Source: Vicugna vicugna (Eukaryota). From it: a stretch of 60,000 nucleotides of DNA. The translations under genes and the position numbers were made by a program. The stretch's first letter is position 1, and each line of letters begins with the position of its first letter. Positions 24,809-38,689 of the stretch are shown one piece after another. The DNA is taken from contig MU058059.1 of NCBI GenBank assembly GCA_013265495.1, positions 3,635,502 to 3,695,501 of the forward strand, in the 5' to 3' direction. Under the pieces are notes generated by a model. It saw only the letters and a list, made by a program, of their open reading frames with translations, ran no database searches and was not told the DNA's origin.

Positions 24809-24827
24809 CGCCACCAGGTGGCAGTGC
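24809..24827 (+). promoter_or_regulatory. Candidate CTCF binding site
   Basis: CGCCACCAGGTGGCAGTGC closely matches the CTCF core CCACCAG(G/A)(G/T)GGC(A/G). Confidence 0.5.
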
Positions 24828-25624
24828 AGTCTTAAGTCTTGAGTCTGGACCCCGGAAACCCCAGCTAACTGGTTTATCATCTCAAACAACTCAAACTGGT
24901 AAATATATTTTTAATTTAAACTGCAATTACCAACTGAAGGAAGTATTTGTCTTGATTTTAAGGACAGATACAAAACTTACCTCCCTTAGAAGATAAGAGA
25001 TAGTTGATATAAAGCGTTTCCCATTATAAAATTGGGATAATTACAGCGATCAGGGGGGTAAACCCTGGTGGTGTCATTCATGAAGAGATACTACAGAATA
25101 CCTTCAGTTTCATTGCTGACATTCGTTGTAAGTGTTAATGTTTTCAATAATGTCTTCTAACTGCATAAGGTGTGTGTTTATCAGCGTCCGATCCTTCACT
25201 CAAATGTTGACAACTTTCTGATTTAACGATGGACGTGGTTAAATTCTGGGCTCCACGTGTGTCCCCCCTACGCCCACAGGCTAACACGCAAAAGGCCTGT
25301 CTACGTACAAAGTACCAGACTGAACCTCCAACACGGGGAAAGCAAAGCTTAAAAACAACAGAAATTTAAAAAGCTGAAACTCCTGCCTTTTTTTATTGTT
25401 AAAAACATCCGTATATAATTGTCCTGAGTTTACTGTTTGAAACTCGGGTGAGAGGGACCTCACTGACTTTCTTGCTTTTGGATGCTTTAGTTTTTCTCTG
25501 CTCTCAGCTGCCACCGAAGACTTGTCTGGGTTCGTGCACACCTGTTCGGAACAGATCTTACCTAAAATGCACGCTGCCTGTGCTCGAACGCAGCCCCCTC
25601 GCTGGTGCTAAGGGCCAGGGGAGG

Positions 25625-25930
25625 GGAGGTTCCAGATGGTTAATTCCTGAATTTAAAATAGGGCGCTTTCCAGAGTATCCGGATGGGCCCAGTGTGGTCA
25701 CAGGGGTCCTTGTAGCTGGCAGAGGGGACTGTCGCGATGACAGCGCCAGACGGGCTCAGCCCGAGGCTTCGAGTCCAGGGTTGGGGGGGCTACACTCTGT
25801 GGGACCCAGAGGGGACACCGCCGCCCACACTCTGATTTTACCCCAGGAGACCTGTTTTGGATGTGTGACCTCCAGACTCGTGAGGTGATAAGTCTGCGTT
25901 GTTCTGAGCCACCTAGTTTGTGGAAACAGT
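25625..25930 (+). mobile_element. MaLR LTR remnant (MLT1-like)
   Basis: ggatgggcccagtgtggtcacaggggtcctt ... tgacctccagac ... gccacctagtttgtgg resemble MLT1 LTR motifs. Confidence 0.55.
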
Positions 25931-26681
25931 GCTGGTGTTGGCAGTACTACAGGCAGCATGCAGGGTGGGCGGTCCCCGCCGTCTCACGGCTCTGACGGCT
26001 GAGAAATGGCAGTTCTTTGTTTGCTGGAGAAAGTGATCGTTCTCAGCCTCCTCAGGCAGAGGTTGGAGGGACATTCACGTTTAGTCCTGTACTTTCTGAA
26101 ATCCAGTCTTCATCCAATAATTAAAAAAAATCTCTTCAGGCAATGCTGTGGTGTTGGGTTTGGGAGTCATTCACTCTTGCTTCCATCCTTGGCCGGCAGT
26201 GTGTGTGAGGTGACCTGGGGGCAGCGGGTGAGGGGCCCCGGCTCCTGCGGGGCTCTGAGGCCCCAGCCCCTTGGGACCTCTGGGCAGGCTGGGTCTGTGC
26301 GGACAGAGCCTCAGGCCTGCTCCCTCCGCAGCGCTGCCCACCTGTGACCCGTGAAGCCCGCCAGCTGCCGGGCGAGCGGTCCCAAGTTGGCCTGGACCCC
26401 TCCGGGTGGCCTTCAGGGACCTTCCAGGGCCCACTGACCCTCCATTCTCCATCCACCCCCAACTCCAAGTCACATCCAAGTGATGGGTGGTCGGGTCGGG
26501 GGTGGGAATTGATTCAACTTCTCCAACTTTGGTTCTTAAAAAAACTAAAAGAAACTGTAACAGCCCTCCCAGGAGGGAAGCAAGCCTGGTTTTCAGCCTC
26601 TGGCCCTGCTCAAGGGACAAGCTCTAGCACCCCCTTGCCCCAGAGCAGTAAGTCTGGGGACCACGGAGGAACGCGCTTTAG

Positions 26682-26800
26682 CAGAGGTCAGTGAACTATG
26701 GTCCCTGGGTCAAATCCAGCCCCCTGCCTGCTTTTGTAAATAAAGCTTTATTGGGACACACACAGTGCACACTTGAGGAGTTGCTGTACGTGTCTCCGTA
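26682..26800. mobile_element. MER58-like hAT DNA transposon fragment
   Basis: cagaggtcagtgaactatgg...caaatccagcc...ttttgtaaataaagctttattgg. Confidence 0.5.
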
Positions 26801-28554
26801 GCAGAGTGGTTCCCGTCGGTCTCAGGCTTCTGGTGGTGACGCTGCCAGTTAGGGGAGACCTGGGCCGCCCTGCCGGGGCAGCTCCCACAGACGTCCCCCT
26901 GGGCAGAGCCGTGGGAGGACACACAGCCCGCCCAGGCTGCTCATCCGAGTCAGGTCGAGAGACAGGGAGGGAGAAAGGACCTGGGGCTCTGCCTTTGTTA
27001 GGGTCCCAGGTCGTGTGCCTGGGGTTTGGCTGGTACACTCCTTATTGGTGACTCTAAAGCATAAGAGTGGAGATTGGGGCGCAGGGAGGGAGAAGCGGGG
27101 TCACTCGAGTGGTCAGTTACCTGGGTCGCGTGGGACCTTGTGGAAGGGGGACTTGGGTGGGTGCAGGCTCCTTGTGCAGGTGTGTAGCTGGGTGTCTGCG
27201 ACGTGGATGCCTCCACAGTCAGACCTAATTGTCAGGCACTTACCTGTCCCGGGGTGGAGCTGGAACGGGAGCCTGGATCTCTGTCCTCAAAAGTGCAAAC
27301 CCTCCACCCTGGGCAGGTGTGCAGAGGTGCGAATGCCTCCGGGTAAGGAAATCTGGTCCTGTGGCCAGAGTTGGAAGGGAAGGACAGTGTCTCTCCCCTG
27401 TAATCAGAGGAACATCTTTCCCTCCACCTGGCTTGGGAAACCAGTAAGATGGGGATTACCAGCAACCTCCATAAGGGGCTCCTGCTGAAGCCTCTGCCTC
27501 GAAGGGAGAGCAAAGGGTGGGGACCACTGGGAACGCCTGCTTCTCCTTAGGCTGTGTGCAGAGGGGCTGGGTGGGGTTCATGGCGCCATTAGACGGTTTA
27601 TCCCAAGGGTGAGCAGATGCCCTTTCCTGACGTATTTCAGTGGGGAGGAATGATGCCTTGGGACACTTTCAATGAAAAAAAATCTGATTTTGGCTTTTGG
27701 GGAGTAGTTTCAGGTTTGCGCCTTTGCATACCACTTCTGATGATGTTCTTTGACTTCTAAGGGAACGCTTTTTTATTGACCATAAAGAATAAAACAATCC
27801 TTGTGGTGTCCAAACCATGGTCCACAAATTCAGCCTGGAAGCATCTGTAAAAAGCAAACAAACAGGCCAAAAACCGCCACACAGACTTTTAGAGAATAAA
27901 ATATAACTTTTAAGATGTTTACCACTCCGAATAAAGGCATTTTGGAAATCCAAGCAGGCATTACAATGAGCTTTTACAAAGTTAGGGTAATGGATTTCCT
28001 GTGAAATCCACACGGCTGGAGGGCAGGCCTGCCCACCCTCCCCAAGTCACTCTCCCCGCCCTCTGCACCGGCAGCCCCAGCTGCTGTCAGGTAGCGTTTC
28101 GGCCACTAGGACGGTGTTTCCAGGTCTCCTCTGTAGCTGGAGGGGACCATGTGACACCGCGATACAGACCAGTTGGAAGTACCTGGGGGGCTGCTGGACG
28201 TTTCTGGGACATTTCACTTTCTCACTTTACCTCCATCACTTTTATTCCCCCTGACGTTTTCCAGGTTGAAACACGAATGTGGTTGGTTTTATGTCTAGTG
28301 GTCATTTTAGGACCATGAGGTAAAGACTAAGAATTACAGAACGCCTCTGCCATCACCTCCCTGCCTCTCACAATTCACCAGACACATCCCCCCTGCTTCC
28401 AAAACTGGGCAGAGAGGGAGTGGGAGACCAGCCTGGCTGCCAGCGGAGTGGCGGACAGCTCTTCCTGGAGTGATGTCCTTTTGCTGGATAGATCCCTTTA
28501 TCTCTGCATAATGCCTTTTTTTTTTTGATCACTTATTACAGCCTATGTTTTAAG

Positions 28555-28653
28555 GTGTGTGTGTATATATATATATNNNNNNNNNNNNNNNNNNNNNNNN
28601 NNNNNNNNNNNNNNNNNNNNNNNNNNNNNNNNNNNNNNNNNNNNNNNNNNNTT

Positions 28654-28722
<69 letters not shown>
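28555..28722. repeat. (TG)n(TA)n microsatellite spanning a 75-N assembly gap (28577-28651)
   Basis: Directly visible. Confidence 0.95.
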
Positions 28723-28725
<3 letters not shown>

Positions 28726-29754
28726 AATCCATTCACCCACCTTTTGAGTGGAGTGTTCAGTCCATTTACATTTAAAGTAATTGTGATAGTTGTGGACTTA
28801 CTGCCATTTTGTTAATTATTTTCTGGTTGTTTTTGCTGTTCTTGGCTCTTCCTTTCTTCTTCTTTTGCTCTTGTCCCTTCTGATCTGATGACTTTACACT
28901 GTTACGTTTTCTTCCTTTCTCTTCACTTTGTGCGCGTCTTTGGTTTTTGGTTTGCGGTTACCGCGAGGTTCCTATGTCACAGCCTGTGTGTGTCGTGGTC
29001 TGTTTGAAGTTGATGCTTTCTTAAGTCTGAGTGTGTCTGAAAACACTGCGTTTTTACTCTCTCCCACCACATTTTATGTCTTTGATGTCACCTTTCACAT
29101 TTAAAAAATGTTGTGTGTGCCTTAACTAACTATTGTAGACACAGGAGACTCTACTGGTTCTGTCTTTTACCCTTCCTAGTAACTACAGAGGTGCTTGATC
29201 CACTGTCTTTACTACAGTTTTGCCTTTCCCAGTGAGATTTTTTTTTCATTCATAATTCTCATATTTCTAGTTAAAATGCTCTTTTCTGTTCAAAGAAATT
29301 ATTGTTAACGTTTCCTAAAAGGCTACTTTAGTGGTAATGAACCCTTTTAGTTTTTGCTTGTCTGAGAAAATCTTTGTTCCTCCTTTGACTCTGAAGCATC
29401 TCTTTAACTTTAAATTCCGACCTTTTGATGATGGCGGGTCTCGGTGTGGGTCTCCTCGGGTTCGTTTTGTTTGGGGCTCCCTGTGCGTCCTGGACCTGGA
29501 TGCCTGTCTTCTTCACCAGGCTGAGAATGTTTTCAGTCATTATTGCACCCCTGGGCTTGCTGTCCCTTCATCTTTCTCTCCTCCCTCTGGAACTGCTGTG
29601 GTGCAGGTATCAGTAAGCTTGATGTTGTCCCAGAGCTCCTTCAGCAGTCTTCATTCCTTTTGTTGTCCAGGTTGGGTGATTCCCACTAGCCTGTCTTCCA
29701 GATCACCCGCGTTCTCTTCTGCATCGTCTAATCTGCTCTTGGTTCCCTCTAGTG

Positions 29755-29903
29755 TCTTTAGCTCTGATAGGTTCTTTTTAATATTTTGTCTCTCTCTGTT
29801 GAAGTTCTCAGCGTGTTCCTCCATTCTTCTTTAGCTCTGATAGGTTCTTTTTAATGTTTTGTCTCTCTCTGTTGAAGTTCTCAGCGTGTTCCTCCATTCT
29901 TCT
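29755..29903. repeat. 73-bp tandem duplication within the L1 remnant
   Basis: gctctgataggttcttttt... starts at 29761 and again at 29834, with one mismatch. Confidence 0.9.
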
Positions 29904-30769
29904 GAGGTCAGCGGGAATCTTTATGACCATTACTTTTCACTCCTTATCTAGAAGGTTGCTTATCTCTGTTTCGTTTAGTTGTTTTTCTGAAGTTTTGTCT
30001 TGTTCTTTTGTTTGGAACATATTCCTTTGTCTCCTCCTTTTGTGTAACTATTCAAAATACTTGGACACCAGAATTTTGCAAAATTGATTTTGATGAGTAC
30101 CAGGACCGAGACCTTCCCTAATATAAAAACAATGTAGTACAAAAAGGGGAAGTGACAGCTTAGTCTCACATATGAACACAGCTGCAAAAATAAAATATTA
30201 ATACAGAAAATTCAACTGTTATTAAAAAAAAGAATGAATTTTGACTAAATAGACTGTATTGCAGTAACACATGAATGAGTCCCTCACAGAAGGTTTACGA
30301 GTATCATTTATCACATTGCATTTCCTTTGGAGAAAACCCATGGGAGCATGTCAATACATGTTGAAAATTTAACAACCAAATAAAAGCTTTTTAATAGGAA
30401 TGGAAAGAGATTACTACGATGTCATAAAGTCTACTTGGTAGATATTATAAAGCTTACCAATATCTGGTTTCTGTCTCCTTCCAGCCATCCAGAGGGTTAC
30501 ACTTCCCGGCCCCCTTGAAGCGATCCAGGTGGGGTCATGGGAAAGTGGGGTGAGGACTCTGTGCTCTCCCCCTTCACCAGGGGACCCAGGAAACTGGTGA
30601 TGGCAGAGCCACCGGACTGAGACCATCTCCTTTGTATGACTTCACAGAGAACAGTGTGCCTGGAGGTTGTCCAGACCCACAGCTGGCTCTGTGGGAGTGA
30701 GAAATAAATGTGTGAATTCACTGGGATTTTGGAGTTGTTTGTTACCGCAGACAGCATAACCATTTTGGG

Positions 30770-30987
30770 CAGAGGTGTTGGAAAACTTCACCTGCAGAGG
30801 GCCAGACAGTAAATATTTCAGATGTTACAGGACATATGGCCTCTGTCACGACGGCTCAGCACCTCCACTGCAGCGAGAGTGACCGTGGGTGATACTGAAC
30901 CGGTGAGCGTGACCCTGTTCCAGCAAAACTTTATTTATAAAAATGGGTAGAAGATTTTGCCCATGGAACGTGGTTCGCTGACCTCTG
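30770..30987. mobile_element. MER58A-like MITE with terminal inverted repeats
   Basis: cagaggt... / ...acctctg termini; internal gggccagacagtaaatattt and aaaactttattta motifs. Confidence 0.65.
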
Positions 30988-31004
30988 TTTAAAGAAGAAA
31001 GTCT

Positions 31005-31860
31005 TTATTAAGATATCATTAGTTTACAATTTTATGTTGGTTTTGGGTATACAACATATGATTTGATATTTTTATAGGTTATACTCCACATGAAGTTATT
31101 ATACAATGTTTGCTCTATTCTCTGTGTTGCACGTAAGATCCCTGTCTGTATCTTATTTACATTTTATACCTAGTAGCTTGTACCTTTTAATTCCCTTCCC
31201 CTATCTTGCCCCTCCTCCCCACCCCTCAGCCCGGTGGTAAGAACTAGTTTGTTCTCTGTGTCCGGCAGATGAGACGAAGGGTCCCTGTGTGTGTCACTGT
31301 CACCGCGTCTCAGCCCTTGGCTGTCCAAGGTCTGCGGAAGCCGGACCGACAGCAGCGGGGCCCACGGGCTGCTTCTGTTCTCCTGACCCCGTCCCTGCCA
31401 TGGACACTGCGGCCTCCCAGCCCCCTCGGCCAGACAGTGACCGCCCCCGCCCCCGCCCTGCTCACTGGGGTGGGTTTTTCCTCCTTGTCAGTCACAGGGA
31501 GTATCATGCCAGCTTGGGAGAAATTCCTGCTTGTGAGCTTTCCATTTATGACTCGTAGACATTTTAATGCTGGCCATTCTGACTGGTGCGAGGTGATACC
31601 TCACTGTAGTTTTGATTTGCATTTCTTCAGTAATTAGCGACATCGAGCATCTTCTCATGTGCCTCTTAGCCATCTGGATGTCTTCCTTGGAGAAATGTCT
31701 GTTTAGGTCTTCTGGCCATTTTTGGATTGGGCTGTTTGTGTTTTTTGTTATTGAGTTGTATGAGCTGTTTGTATATTTTGGAAATTAATCCCTTGTTGGT
31801 CGCATCATTTGCAAATATTTTCTCCCAGTCTGTAGGTTGTCTTTTCGTTTCACTTATGCA
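31005..31860 (-). mobile_element. L1 3'UTR (about 31005-31260) and ORF2 C-terminal fragment (about 31555-31860), separated by unrelated GC-rich sequence
   Basis: Minus ORF 31488-31673 [33 protein letters not shown] is L1 ORF2p C-terminal-like. Confidence 0.75.
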
Positions 31861-34800
31861 AGTATTGCTGTTTTTAATCCACCCTCCAAACTCCAGCTAG
31901 AGGCATCTTTTAAAAACAAGCGTCTTATCAAGTCACTTCTCTGACTAAAGCTCTCAGTGATTCTGTGCTTTTAGGAAGAAGTCCTGGCCCCGCCTCCTCC
32001 TCCTCCTCTCATCTCCTGCCCCTGCTGATCCGCGGCAGAGTTTTTCACCTTCTTCAGGAAATACAGTGTGTTGGCAGTCTAAACCTCCCTCTGTCCGTGC
32101 AGTTTGGCGGAAGGCTTGCGGAGCGACCACGCCCTTGTGTGGCCCCGAGGTCTGGGGCACGTCCCCATCCTCTCAGCCGGTGGCAAGTTCCTTCTGGCCG
32201 ATGAGACCTCAGGAATCTCACCCCGACCTTTACCAGTTTTCCTGCCTTCATTTCTTAACCAAGAGTGCAGGAGGGGAGGAGGTGGGGTGGCTGCTCCAGG
32301 ATTTAAAAGCACCAAACCCCACAAAATTTATGTGGACATTGTAATTATTACTGTGCTGAATTAATGAACTCTGTCCTCTCCTTTTTTGGCTGGAAGCACA
32401 TAAAAGTCCCAATGAGAGGAAACAGATGTCACTGCCGTGAGCGTTTCCAGAGGGAGCTGCAGTAAAATCCGAAACTCGCCGTAGGAAGGCCGGCTGTGCG
32501 ACGGAGACGCTGCGATGGCCTTTTCATGTGCAGCTGTGTGTCAGAGCAGTTGGTCTGGCCAGCGCAGCCCCCACATCAGAGGAATCCCGGCAACAAAGCA
32601 GTGGGGGTGCTCGGGGGGGAAGCTCATACTGTGCTGCTTTTCTGACTGTGCTCAGTTTTCCTTTTAACCCAAAGCCATGTCGAAGAAGTGAGTGTAAAGG
32701 AGGGCTTGTGGGCTGGGAATTAAACGTGATGTATGGGCCGGTGGGGAGAAAGAGGGTCATCGGGGAGGACGGTCTTCGGTGATCAGCTTATAGGCCCCGG
32801 GAGCAGGCAGCTCCCCGGCTCCCCAGCAGTGGTCGGGACCCAGCGTTAGCAGCCCCTTCAGGGCAGAATTCAGGGACCGCCCTCCCGCTGGGCTCTGCAC
32901 CCCGGGCATGGCCCTGGTGGCGGCTTGGATGCCCAGGGGGAGCCCCTTCTCCACGCAGGCTGAGAAGGGGCGATTTCTTCTCCCCCGAGCAGGGAGGTCA
33001 GTGGACCCTGTCCCTCTTAAAGTTTGCTTTCTTGCTAAACACCGGAGCGTGTGGAGTTCCATCCAGGTTTCAGAAGAGGAGCAGGATTCCTGTATGTGAC
33101 TAGCCTCTCCCCTTTTCCTTCCTGGTCCCCTCTTCTTTTCTTCTCTTCCCACCAGTGCACTTTAGAGACTGCAAATCCAGGAAAACAAGAAGTTGGGTGC
33201 TTCCTAGTGCTCATGGTGGGGAGTCCCACTGGCCGCTCTGATTCTTGGTGGTGGGGGGGTCCGGTGGGGGCGCCCACCCCGAGGTGGTCCCGGTGGGGGA
33301 TCTCTGATGTGCGTGGCGTCAGCCGGCTTTGTGGGCCAGGAGGCCTGTGAGCCGCAGCGGTGCGTGCCGGCCCGGGTGGGCTCCCGGGGGCTCGAAGCGA
33401 GGATGGCTCCATCGCGCACGTCCCCGGAGCGGCTGCTTTGGTAGCTGCCTCCGTTCCTTCAGGCCGCCCGGACCCAAGGGGACTTGAGTGGATAGTGGGC
33501 TGCAGTTTATGGAACGTGAACCCAGCCTCGCTTCCACTTGACGGTTCTGGTTCTGCTGGATTTTGTTTCCCGTATGTTCCGAGGCCACTCTAACAGGACA
33601 CGGCTGGGTGTGCCCGGAGTTTGGTCTGTGGAAGAGCTGTCTGCTTGTCAATGAAAGCATCTGGCCCACGAAAGGCCCAGCTCGTGGGTCCAGGAAACGA
33701 ACTGCAGAAGCCCAGGGAGGGGCCGTGGGATGTAGCGGGAACGGGGGTGAGAGGGGCGGCCGGCTGGTTGAGAACGAGGCTAGTATCCAGCACTGGCACG
33801 TGGTCCCTGCCAAGCGCGTGGGCCACGGCCGTGTTCAGGGAAGTGTGGTGCTGGGGAGAGGAGTGGCCGTCTGGCTCTGGCTGAGTCGGGCCACCCATGG
33901 GCGCAGCTGGGCCCCTGAGGGGCACCTCTTTAAAGAGGGCATCACTGGATGGAGGGCAGCCAGGGCCACGTGGGCCCCCTAAACCTCACTGCACGTGCCT
34001 GGACCAAGGGAGCTGAAGGGCCCCTGGATGGTGCCGTGTGGCCAGCCCAGGCCACGGAGGGGGCCGCCACGGTGTGAGGCCCCCCAGCAGAGCCCTTGGA
34101 GGGCTGGGTGCTGGGTGGTGGGAGGCTGTGGGGTTCTGTGGGACCACCCTGCTGGTCAGCGTCAGGAGGGTCAGAGTAGGTGACTTTAAAGTCTTATCCA
34201 GCGTGGGATTTTAGGATTTTCAAATGAGCAGCTCTGGAGTTTTCATGGGTTTCAGTGAAATTTGAAAAGTTTGTCTGGAGGACTCAAGCTGCCGGTGATT
34301 CAGAAGCGCTGCTGGGACCGCCCCCGGGGTGTGAGCTCTGCTGCGTCCGCTCCGGTGGGTGGGCTGGGGGTGGCCTGCGCTTCCCGGCACCGCCCGCCGC
34401 ACGTCAGTGTCTCCCCGAGCCGGGCGCTCAGTTGGTCACGACGCTTCTTGGACATCAAGGGGTCAGTGGGGAGCCGGTAACCGGCATCCAGCACGTTCCT
34501 CTGCTTCAGCGTTGCCGTCTGAACTCACAGATGTGCTGGGGAGCTGTGCGCCTGCACCTCCCTGGCTGACAGCGTGAAGGGAAATCCAGCCCGACGGCAG
34601 GAAACCCAGTGGACGGGATCGAGTTGGAGGGCCAGTCGTTGCGCGTTTCTGATTCGGGGCGAGAGTGCAGGCTGTTTAAAGTGCAGGCAAACCCTCCTGC
34701 GTCTGCTTCTTGAAAGAGAAACGGAGGGTCAGTGCTTGTCGCCCTGCCGAGGACCAGAAAACTCTCCGACGGCCACAAGAAAAGAAGGGAGAATGAAGGA

Positions 34801-37800
34801 CGTGGCTTCCCCTTCCGTGTAAAGCAGGTGCAGGGCTGCGTGGGGGGAGGAAGCATCGGGTCGTCCGAGCCCTTCTCCCGCCGCCCCACCACTGCCCCGG
34901 CTGCCCTGGGGCTGGACACCGCGCTCTCCGGCCGCGTCTCGCGGGCCCTCGGTGGGGGCTGGGGCACCCACGGGGCACCTGGTCCTCAGGCTGAGTGAGG
35001 ACAGCCAGGGGCTTGCTTAGCAGCTGCCTTCCTTGTAACTCAGGATGTCGTCCGGACAGTCGGTGTTCTCCCAGAGGCTCCTCGACTCCAGCCGGAGTGG
35101 ATGGACTGCTGCCTCAGGGACCACGTCCGTCGGAGGCCTCGCAGCGGGGCCCCTCTCCAGGCTGGTACTTCAGACCAGGCTGTCCAGCTGGGTCACAGGC
35201 CCGGGGTGGGACCACAGGCAGGGGACGCAGGCTTGAGGGGGTCCCTACCAGCCCGTGATGGGGGCGCAGAGCAAAGGGGGGATGCGTGTGCACGAGTGAG
35301 GTGAGGTGGACGAGGTGGGGGCGGGGGCTGGGGGTGAGATAAATGATGAGGAACTTGGGGAAAAGTTGAGCTGGATTTATTCCGACGGCCCCCGACCTAC
35401 GATGTAACGTTACAAATCGCCGTCTTCCAGAGGAACTTACTTCCTGACCTCCGCGCAACTTCCTAAGCCTGGCATGTGTGTGAGAACAGACCCTAGAAGC
35501 CCAAGAAGAGAAAACGGTGGTTTGTACGAATGTGGTTTGAAGCCACAGCTGCCGAAGCGGCCAGTGCCGGGGGAGCTGGACCGGCGTGGACTCCCCAGGA
35601 TGGCCCAGATGGAATTTTCAAGGACAGAATTAAAGAGGCATTTTTGTGGTGGCCACAGGGCCTTGAACTCTGGGCTAAAGGGGAGTTAAAGGGAATTCTG
35701 GACCTGGGGCGAGCCCAGGGCGGAGCGTCAGTGGAGGTCTTGGTCCCCAGAAGTGGGTGTGCATGTGCCTAGCGCAGACCTGGTCCTGCCTCTCTGATCC
35801 CGTGTGCACGCACACCCACAGCCCCGACGCTAGCGGGCGCACACGGTGCTCGGAAATCGTGGCTGATTTAATGAATGAAAAGTGAAATCCTCGCACAAAG
35901 GCAATTGCTCTACGCTCTGAGTCGACAGGAAACCTCCTTCCTGGACTGATGTCTCTCCCAGGTTGTTTTGTGTTGTCCTAACAACACTCGCCCAGTCACC
36001 ATTGTGCCCCCAGTTCCCCCACCCCGAGCACAGCAGCTGTGACTTCTCGGCCCGTGGTGGGTGCAGCTCTGTGTCCAGCGGGTCAGGCCCCAGTGTCCAG
36101 TGTTGGGTGCAGGTCAGGCCTCAGCACCCGGTGTCGGGCCAGGTTGAAGCTAAATTGACTTGAACTGGTACCTAAGTGACCGTGTGCTGTGGTGTGATGT
36201 GTCCTTGTCCAGACACATGAAGTGAAAGGCTCTGAAAAGTCTTCCCTGTGTGAGGCTTGAAGATGGATCATTGTATCTGGCTAATTCACTGGCAGCTAGA
36301 ATGCTGGGGAGATGAAAACGGGGTTCAGCAACACCACAATGGGCCTGCTAACCACACTGGGGATGGCGGTCTGAGGGTCGTGGTGTTGGGGTTCCCTTTG
36401 TGCTGCTCTGCAGCTGGGGGCATCTCCCTCCTTCCTGGGTGTCATTGCTCAGATGGCCAGGTACCTCCAGGACCAGAGGTCAGAATGGCAGGTGCAGAGC
36501 AGTCCTGTCCTGTGCGGATACTGACTGTCCATCAGGGATCCTGCGATCCTTGCTGCCACGTGACACCCCGTGTGCAGTGCCCCAGCAGGTGTGCCCAGGC
36601 AGGCGGCTGCCCAAAGTCCTGGGGGTGTGGGCCCTGTGCATGACCCTCTCCAGGGCAAGGCTGCCCCTCAGCGGCTCCTGAGAACCAAGAGCCTCATCGT
36701 CACCATCGCTTGTCCCCTCAAACAACGCAGTTGGGTGTTGAGTCCACTGGCAATGCTTGATGCCCGAGGTGTCCGAGTGACCGAGACGCCGGGACCTGGC
36801 TGAGACCACGCGGCTCTCACGGTGCCGGCGTGGGCAGGATACCCGGCATAGCGCCTGCCATGTCGCCGGCGGGGTTACTTGTGTGTGATTTTAACTCGGT
36901 TTCATTTCCCTTTACGTTCACGAATCTCTCAGTGCGTTGTTTTTGTGGCCGTAAGAAAATGTACCCCATTCTCTTGGGAGGCAGAGGTAAATCCGATGTG
37001 ACAGCGAGGTGGGAAGTGACAATTACCAGGAGGTGGACGACAGCATCCCTGGCTGCAGAGGACGGATGCCACTCGGAGGCCTTGGTGTTTGCACACGGAA
37101 GCTTGGGCTGCCCCAGCTCCTCACTGTCTCCGGACACACTCCAGGGGCGGCTGGTTTCACACGCACCTGGCCGTGAGCTCTGCCCAGCTCCAGGGCCCCG
37201 GATGACGGCAGGGTCCTTGTGCTGCAGCCCCCGACGGCCAAGCTTGGTTTTTAGAAGCATCTTCAGGGAGTGAACCCACCAACACTTCTTTCAGCCTGGG
37301 TGGGCTTCGTACTCCATCTCAGCGGCTCCAGGTCAGAAGTTATGCCCCAGGCAGCGGCCCCAGGCCTCTGCGGGCAGCTGGGGAGCGTGCCCCCTTCTCC
37401 CCCGGAGCAGGGCGTGAGGGTCTAACGCCAGGGCTTCGACACGCTCACGCGCCCTTTGTCCTGGAGTAAGCCGCACAGCTTCATCTCTGCGGCCGTGCCC
37501 TGCCATCTGGCCCTTTGGCAAAAGCAAAAGAGAATTGTGCATAAGGACTGAGGCGAACCCGCCCCGTGTAGATGACGTGGATAACTTCCTCCAGAGCCCT
37601 CGTCCGCCCGGGGACTCTCCTGTTGCCATGGGAGCTTGACAAACAGGACCCTTGCATTTTCCTCCCGCCTGTGTCCTCAAAAGAACCCATAAATGGGAAT
37701 GTCACGCCCATTCTTACTTCTCTCTTGCCAAACGCACTGTCTCCAGAGCCAACGCTTGTGCGTATTCGGTAAGTCGTCTCTGCTCTTCAGCAGCAGTTTT

Positions 37801-38480
37801 CTCGTTTCTGTGATGATGAGGTTGAGTGAGGTGGTCTTCAACGCCCCTTTCAGGACAAAACCTAGACTGTTGTAGAGACTCCTGAGATCCAGGGAGCACC
37901 TTCGGAGGCTGGAGACACAAACACTGTAGGAGGTGGCCCATCTTCTGCCGGACAGGCGAGGGAGACCAGGATGCAATGACAGCCCGTGGGTTTGAGGCAG
38001 AAATGTCCTTTTCGTAAAGCACCTGCATAAGGCCACATGTGCCGCCCAGAGCTGGGACGTCCTGGTGGTCTCTGAAGGTCCTGGCAGGCTGCCTCCTGGC
38101 CTGTGGAGCCCGGGCTTCTGTTAGAGCAAGTGATGGCAGACTTGAGCCCCAGTGTTTAGACTCTGCATTCTGGGCTTTCCCCCGACGCTGCGTTGTTGCC
38201 CAAGAAATTCTAGACTGAGTCCGTCCATAACTTTTTTCCAAACTGAGGATGGCCCATTTGGGAGTTTCCATCATTCTTGCTCGAGTAAGAACCCTGCATC
38301 TAGACCGTCAGGCCTTGCTCCTCACACTGCCTGTCCCGCCTTCTCCCCACACGTGTCCCCGTTACCAGGTGCTCTTGCCAGAAGGGATTTCTGGTGACTG
38401 CCATTTTCTGTACTTTGTTGCACCTGTGCTCTTCAGGAACATTAAATAGGTAAGCAGTTTTGGAAACACGTCAAGAAAAG

Positions 38481-38638
38481 TGAGCAAGCGGAGGGGACAT
38501 AGCTCGGGTAGAGTGCACACCTAGCATGAACAACGTCCTGGGTTCGAGTCCCAGTACCTCCGTTAAAATAAATAAATAAATAAAAGCCTAATTGCCTCCC
38601 TCCAAATAACTAAATAAATTTTTTTTTAAATGAGCAAG
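38481..38638 (+). mobile_element. tRNA-derived SINE (Vic-1-like) with TSD tgagcaag
   Basis: tagctcgggtagagtg (A-box), ggttcgagtccc (B-box), A-rich tail; tgagcaag at 38481-38488 and 38631-38638. Confidence 0.8.
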
Positions 38639-38689
38639 GCTTCATCTTGATGCATACAAAGAACATCTTTTCCCCTGCATTCTCATGTC

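Larger units (their letters stand above)
28490..30050 (-). mobile_element. Degraded L1 (ORF1 and ORF1-ORF2 junction region)
   Basis: Minus ORF 29328-29540 (ENILSLVKKTGIQVQDAQGAPNKTNPRRPTPRPAIIK) resembles L1 ORF1p; T-rich antisense L1 texture. Confidence 0.7.

Noticed and set aside
28525..28815. YI-repeat ORFs
   Set aside because: Translation of a (TA)n microsatellite and an N gap.
38490..38560. tRNA-like A/B boxes
   Set aside because: They belong to a SINE with an A-rich tail and TSD; no full cloverleaf is evident.
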